From: Acidimicrobiia bacterium
Lineage (GTDB): Bacteria > Actinomycetota > Acidimicrobiia > Spongiisociales > ZC4RG35
Assembly (NCBI GenBank): GCA_965203555.1
Contig: CBDBCY010000004.1
Span: 1,280,001-1,344,000 of the forward strand
Length of the DNA stretch: 64,000 nt
Direction of reading: 5' to 3'
The translations under genes were made by a program, and so were the position numbers. Below, one piece after another: positions 59,513-64,000 of this stretch. Each line of letters opens with the position of its first letter. Position 1 is the first letter of the stretch. Under the pieces are notes generated by a model that saw only the letters and a list, made by a program, of their open reading frames with translations, was not told the origin of the DNA and did not search any database.

Positions 59513-59992
59513 TTACGGTCTTCTCCTGACTGGCGGGTCGGTGGCCCTCAGGCTTGATCCGAGTATTGGGTCCCGTGTCTTCAGTTCTGGGTAAGAGAGA
59601 AGTCGCCGTCCCCGGGTCATGAGCGCTTCAACGCCATGGGCTATACAGATCGCCACCATCCTGGCGTCGTGGACGACTCCCCCGATCACTCTGGGGCGTT
59701 TCACGAAACGGCCCAGTATCCGAGGAAAGTCCTCGGTCTCTCGTATCAGCCTCATTGAAGGAGAGGATGTCCAAGCGGCGAGTTGACGCCATGATTGCTC
59801 TGGACTCGTGGCCCTGTCCTTCCAGATGCGAGGGTTGGTAACAACGCTGTGGAACTCATAGCAGCAGGGCCAGGGAATGGCCCATGCATCGTTTCCTTCC
59901 GCCAACCCGTGTATGATCGATGCGGCTGCCTCATGGTGTCTCGACTCTCGGCGGTGTGCATACACAAGTGTGTTCGTATCGACGGCGATCAT
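59513..59992 (-). CDS. vapC: VapC-family PIN domain toxin
   Basis: MIAVDTNTLVYAHR, WPCCYEF, VHDARMVA. ATGA overlap with the antitoxin gene. Confidence 0.85.
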   Translation of the reverse strand: MIAVDTNTLVYAHRRESRHHEAAASIIHGLAEGNDAWAIPWPCCYEFHSVVTNPRIWKDRATSPEQSWRQLAAWTSSPSMRLIRETEDFPRILGRFVKRPRVIGGVVHDARMVAICIAHGVEALMTRGRRLLSYPELKTRDPILGSSLRATDPPVRRRP

Positions 59993-60237
59993 CGGGACTC
60001 GGGCTCGCCGTAAATGACCTGTCGGAGATCCTGCCATGGATACATCCCCAAGGGGTCCCGCCCGCCCGAGTCGCCCACGCTGTGGTCGGGTAGCCGGTAA
60101 GGCTGGCGGGGAGTCGGGTTGGAGAGCACGTGGTGAAGTCCTTCTTCAATCACGGCGCGCAATGGGCGTCCGGTCCGCCGCGCGTGCCGCTTGGCGCGTG
60201 CCAGCAATTCGTCGTGGATATCAACCGTCGTCTTCAC
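59989..60237 (-). CDS. vapB: VapB-family antitoxin (ribbon-helix-helix)
   Basis: (M)KTTVDIHDELLARAKRHA..LRAVIEEGL, directly upstream of the PIN gene. Confidence 0.85.
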   Translation of the reverse strand: MKTTVDIHDELLARAKRHARRTGRPLRAVIEEGLHHVLSNPTPRQPYRLPDHSVGDSGGRDPLGMYPWQDLRQVIYGEPESR

Positions 60238-60351
60238 GAGACCCAAACTTAGCCATATAGAGGCTCTCACATTGACCATATCACTGGGGAGGAAACGCGA
60301 ACCTCAAAGACATGACCCCTCCGGCATGCCGCAGGAAACAGCGGGCGTGAT

Positions 60352-60436
60352 TAGGGTTTAGCCCGTCCCTTCAATCCCAGATACAGCAATAAAGGAGCCT
60401 TCAGTGGCCGATACGCCTTGCCCGGCGGAGGACGGA
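60352..60436 (+). repeat. Diverged direct repeat, copy B
   Basis: tagggtttagcccgtcccttcaatcc...atacag...ggag...GTGGCCGATACGCCTTGCCCGGCGGAGGACGGA. Confidence 0.8.
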
Positions 60437-61000
60437 TCGAGTCCCGTCCGTCGCAAATTCCCGAAGCCACCCCCCATGTGTATTGATGCGGCCAAGTCCT
60501 ACACCGCCGTGATGGAAACGTCAATGGGGACGATGACCATCGCGCTTGACGCCATCTCGGCTCCCCGCACCGTGAACAACTTCGTGGTGCTGGCCCGCTA
60601 CCACTACTACGACGGCGTGATCTTCCACCGCATCATCAAAGGCTTCGTCTGCCAAGGCGGCGATCCCACCGGCACGGGCCGGGGCGGCCCCGGCTATCGC
60701 TTCGCCGACGAGTTGCCCAAACCGGGACGCTACGAAGTCGGCTCGCTGGCCATGGCCAACGCCGGGCCCAACACCAACGGCAGCCAGTTCTTCATCATCA
60801 GCGGGCCCCATGGCCGCCGACTCCCGCCGCAGTACTCGCTGTTCGGCAAGGTGGTGAAAGGCCTCAACGTAGTGGACGCTATGCAAAAGGTAGCCACCGA
60901 CCGCAACGACCGTCCGCTGACCGACGTGACGATCAACTCGGTGACGATCACCGAGTCAGACGGCCGACGGTGGAGAAAGCGCTCAATCTCTCGGGGTTGA
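60404..61000 (+). CDS. Cyclophilin-type peptidyl-prolyl cis-trans isomerase
   Basis: APRTVNNF, FHRIIKGFVCQGGDPTG, LAMANAGPNTNGSQFFI, FGKV. Confidence 0.95.
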   Translation: MADTPCPAEDGSSPVRRKFPKPPPMCIDAAKSYTAVMETSMGTMTIALDAISAPRTVNNFVVLARYHYYDGVIFHRIIKGFVCQGGDPTGTGRGGPGYRFADELPKPGRYEVGSLAMANAGPNTNGSQFFIISGPHGRRLPPQYSLFGKVVKGLNVVDAMQKVATDRNDRPLTDVTINSVTITESDGRRWRKRSISRG

Positions 61001-61035
61001 TCCCTATCCGCCAATGAGCGACAAAGGCCCCCGGT

Positions 61036-62037
61036 TCAGCCGCGGTTTCCCAACAGAGGGAGTACCTGGTCGGCAGTTTGTGTAACCATCCGGTCAACCC
61101 GGTCACTGGGCATCGGGAAGAGCGCCACACAGTCCACGCCGATCTCGTAGAAACTCTCGATCTTGGCAGCTACCTCCTCGGGTGACCCGGCGATGGTGAG
61201 GTCCTCTATCCACTGATCGGGCATCCCGTCGCGCACCGCCTGGTAGCCACCCCGGTCGATCAGCCCTCGGAGTTGTTCGGACATCCCGTATATGTCGGTC
61301 AGGGCGTTGGTGCCGAGCGACTTGTAGAAGGCAAGGGGACCGCGAACAGCTTGGCGGGCTTCTTGGGGATCGTCGGCCACCGAATAGATGGCGAAGAGGG
61401 TGATCCGGTGCGGTCCTGACCGTCCTGCCGATCGCCGTCCCTCATCGATCCGTTCCCTGGCCCAGCGCACGTAGTCGTGTCCGGCCGCCACGGACAGCAC
61501 CGTGCCGTCAGCGATCTCTCCTGACAGGCGGAGCATCTTGGGCCCGGACACGCCCATGTGGATCGGGGTGGGGACCCCCGTTTCGGGATAGGTGAGCCTC
61601 ACGTCGTGGAAGTCGAACACATCGCCTTCCCCGTCGAGCGTCTCTCCCGCGAGCAACCGCCTCAACGAGGAAACGCACTCGCGCATCGCCGCCAGCGGGG
61701 ACCGGGGATGCAGGCCCATCTGGCGTATCCATCCGGGCACACCCAGCCCGATACCGGCGATCAACCGTCTCGGGTAGGCGGCCGAGATGGTCGAGATCTC
61801 CATGGCCAGGAGCGCCGGATGCCTCACCATCGCCGACACCACGCCGAGCCCCACCGTGGTCCGTTCGGTCGAGGAAAGCACGAGCGAGGCGCCGGAGATG
61901 CCGCCGGTGAAGAAGAAGTCCTCCGCGAGCCAGATCTCGTCAAAGCCTCCCTGCTCAGCGGTGCGCGCCGCGGAAGCCAGGTCCGAGGGCGCTATGGCGC
62001 TGCCCAGCACCAGACCGATCGCTTTGTCTACGGGCAT
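61036..62037 (-). CDS. LLM class flavin/F420-dependent oxidoreductase
   Basis: GFDEIWLAED, RHPALLAME, GIGLG, GPKMLRLSGEIADG. Confidence 0.9.
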   Translation of the reverse strand: MPVDKAIGLVLGSAIAPSDLASAARTAEQGGFDEIWLAEDFFFTGGISGASLVLSSTERTTVGLGVVSAMVRHPALLAMEISTISAAYPRRLIAGIGLGVPGWIRQMGLHPRSPLAAMRECVSSLRRLLAGETLDGEGDVFDFHDVRLTYPETGVPTPIHMGVSGPKMLRLSGEIADGTVLSVAAGHDYVRWARERIDEGRRSAGRSGPHRITLFAIYSVADDPQEARQAVRGPLAFYKSLGTNALTDIYGMSEQLRGLIDRGGYQAVRDGMPDQWIEDLTIAGSPEEVAAKIESFYEIGVDCVALFPMPSDRVDRMVTQTADQVLPLLGNRG

Positions 62038-62056
62038 GACTTACTTCCTGCGGTCA

Positions 62057-63007
62057 TCAGGAACCGGAAGGGAGTCCAACGGCGAAGCACTCCACCTCAC
62101 GATAGGTCTCCACCGCAGTCAACATCGGAGGCTCATGCCGGCAGCGGTCGAACACCAGCGGGCACCGATCCTGGAAGGAACACCCGGTCGGCAGATCGGT
62201 GGGACTGGGAGTCTCCCCTTCGAGGATGATCCGGGTCCGCACCCTGTCTAGGTCCATGGTGGGCGCCACCGACAGAAGTGCCTTGGTGTAGGGATGGCGA
62301 GGGTCCTCGAAAAGTTCCCGGGTTCGTGCCACCTCCACGATCCTGCCCAGGTACATCACCGCCACCCGGTCGGCGATACGGCGCACCGTGCCCAGATCGT
62401 GGCTGATGAACAGGTAAGAGACCCCCCTGATCTCCTGTATCTTGCGCAGCAGAGCGATCATGCGACCCCTCAGCGACTGATCCAGGCTGGAGGTGGGTTC
62501 GTCGAGCACCACCAGGTCGGGATCGGGCATCAGCGCCCGGGCGATCGCCACCCGCTGCTGCTGGCCTCCCGAGAGCTGTCGCGGGCGACGGTTCCGGAAG
62601 GCCGGGTCCAGGCCCACGAGCTGCAGCATCTCCTCGATGCGCCCGGCGGTCTCCGACCTCGGCACCCCCGCCAGTAACCGGAGGGGCTCGGCCAGCATCG
62701 TCCCGACCGTCATGCGGCGGTTGAGCGACTGCGCCGGATGTTGGAATACCATCTGGATCCGCCGCCGATTCTCCCTCGATGCCGATCCGTCCAGGGACTC
62801 CCCGTCGAAGCGGATGACGCCGTCGGTCGCCCCGGTCAGGCCCGCCACCATCCTGGCCAGGGTGGTCTTCCCGCACCCGGATTCCCCGACCACTCCCACG
62901 GTCTCACCCCGGTCCACGTCCAGGTCCACTCCCCGGACCGCCGGGACCCCGCCGCGCCCCCGGCCGAAGGTCTTGTGGAGTCCCCTCAGTTCAAGGAGCG
63001 CCGACAT
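62057..63007 (-). CDS. Oligopeptide/dipeptide ABC transporter ATP-binding protein (OppF/DppF-like)
   Basis: [26 protein letters not shown]-terminal GCSFQDRC. Confidence 0.92.
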   Translation of the reverse strand: MSALLELRGLHKTFGRGRGGVPAVRGVDLDVDRGETVGVVGESGCGKTTLARMVAGLTGATDGVIRFDGESLDGSASRENRRRIQMVFQHPAQSLNRRMTVGTMLAEPLRLLAGVPRSETAGRIEEMLQLVGLDPAFRNRRPRQLSGGQQQRVAIARALMPDPDLVVLDEPTSSLDQSLRGRMIALLRKIQEIRGVSYLFISHDLGTVRRIADRVAVMYLGRIVEVARTRELFEDPRHPYTKALLSVAPTMDLDRVRTRIILEGETPSPTDLPTGCSFQDRCPLVFDRCRHEPPMLTAVETYREVECFAVGLPSGS

Positions 63008-63944
63008 GCGTCTCCTCCACGGCGTGCAGGAAGCAGGCAGAACGGTGGCCCGTCCCCACGGTGAACAGGTCCGGTACCTCCCCGCATTCCTCCCAGGCGT
63101 AACGGCACCGGTGACCGAAGCGGCATCCGACCAGCCCGAAGTCGACCCCGGCTTCGATGACGTGGGGATCCACCTCCTTTTGCACCGAGTCCAACAGATA
63201 GGTGGTGTAGGGATTCTGGGGGCGGCGAAAAATGTCATCCCGGGATCCGTCCTCCATGACCTGGCCGCCGAACAGGACTGTGACAGTGTCGCACATCTCG
63301 GCCACCGCCGCCAGATCATGGGTTATGAACAGGACGCCGGCTCCGGTCTCGGCGACCAGGTCTCTGATCAGATCGAAGATCTGGGCCTGGATGGTGACAT
63401 CCAGTGCGGTGGTGGGCTCGTCGGCGATCAGGATGCGGGGGCGGCAGGCGAGGGCCATGGCGATCATCACCCGCTGGCACATGCCGCCCGAGAGCTGATG
63501 GGGATGGGCTTCGGCCACCCGCGACGCTCCGGGAATGCCCACCCGTCGCAACATCTCGATGCTCTGTGCCCTGGCTTCGGAACGGGCGGAGCCCTGTTGA
63601 AGGGAGAAGACCCGGGCGATCTGTCGACCCACCTTCATGGTGGGATTGAGGGCAGCCTGAGGATGCTGGAAAATCATGGCCATGTCCCCCGATCGGCGAC
63701 TCACCATCATCGTGTCGGGGTCCATCAGTTGGCGACCGTCGATACGGATGCTGCCGGACCGCACCTCTATGCCCTGGGGGAGAAGACCCATCATGGTAAG
63801 AGCGGCCATGGTCTTACCTGAGCCTGACTCGCCCACCAGGCCGACGATCTTTCCCGCCGGCACCCTGAAGGCGACATTTGCCAGGATCGAGGTCGGGCTG
63901 CGGGCCACTCCCACCGTCAGCCCGTCGACCTCCAGCAGGCTCAT
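62991..63944 (-). CDS. Oligopeptide/dipeptide ABC transporter ATP-binding protein (OppD/DppD-like)
   Basis: [36 protein letters not shown]. Confidence 0.92.
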   Translation of the reverse strand: MSLLEVDGLTVGVARSPTSILANVAFRVPAGKIVGLVGESGSGKTMAALTMMGLLPQGIEVRSGSIRIDGRQLMDPDTMMVSRRSGDMAMIFQHPQAALNPTMKVGRQIARVFSLQQGSARSEARAQSIEMLRRVGIPGASRVAEAHPHQLSGGMCQRVMIAMALACRPRILIADEPTTALDVTIQAQIFDLIRDLVAETGAGVLFITHDLAAVAEMCDTVTVLFGGQVMEDGSRDDIFRRPQNPYTTYLLDSVQKEVDPHVIEAGVDFGLVGCRFGHRCRYAWEECGEVPDLFTVGTGHRSACFLHAVEETHVGAP

Positions 63945-64000
63945 GCCTCCCGGCCTCCGAACTCGTCACCGATGAAGTGGAAGGCCATCGCCGCCAGCAC
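63941..64000 (-). CDS. C-terminal end of an oligopeptide ABC permease (OppC/DppC-like), partial
   Basis: [19 protein letters not shown]. The TGA overlaps the ATG of the ATPase gene. Confidence 0.7.
   Translation of the reverse strand: MLAAMAFHFIGDEFGGREA

Overview
This is a high-GC bacterial window. Actinomycetota, probably Acidimicrobiia, is inferred from the Thr-rich lipoprotein stalk, the cyclophilin N-terminus, the many LLM oxidoreductases and the TAGGGT-type -10 boxes. It alternates between catabolic gene blocks and more A/T-rich accessory blocks. The catabolic part comprises the 3' end of a molybdenum hydroxylase, an acyl-CoA synthetase, a duplicated SDR/dihydropyrimidinase module, a coxDE-MSL-like Mo hydroxylase operon divergent from hydA plus a frameshifted C-N hydrolase, a 16.5-kb ABC-transporter/LLM/amidohydrolase operon for an unknown N-containing substrate, and an oligopeptide ABC/LLM operon at the right edge. 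The accessory part comprises a 1775-aa DEDD-exonuclease/RecQ/UvrD triple fusion, an RND efflux pair, an orphan ABC-type AAA ATPase inserted into the catabolic operon, and a defence island at about 46-60 kb. That island holds a PLD-SNF2 helicase with a type IIG-like N6-adenine methyltransferase, SF1 helicase + DUF2290, AAA-DUF4143 and VapBC. No rRNA, tRNA, CRISPR array, integrase or transposase was seen. All family assignments come from motif recognition by eye, not database searches.
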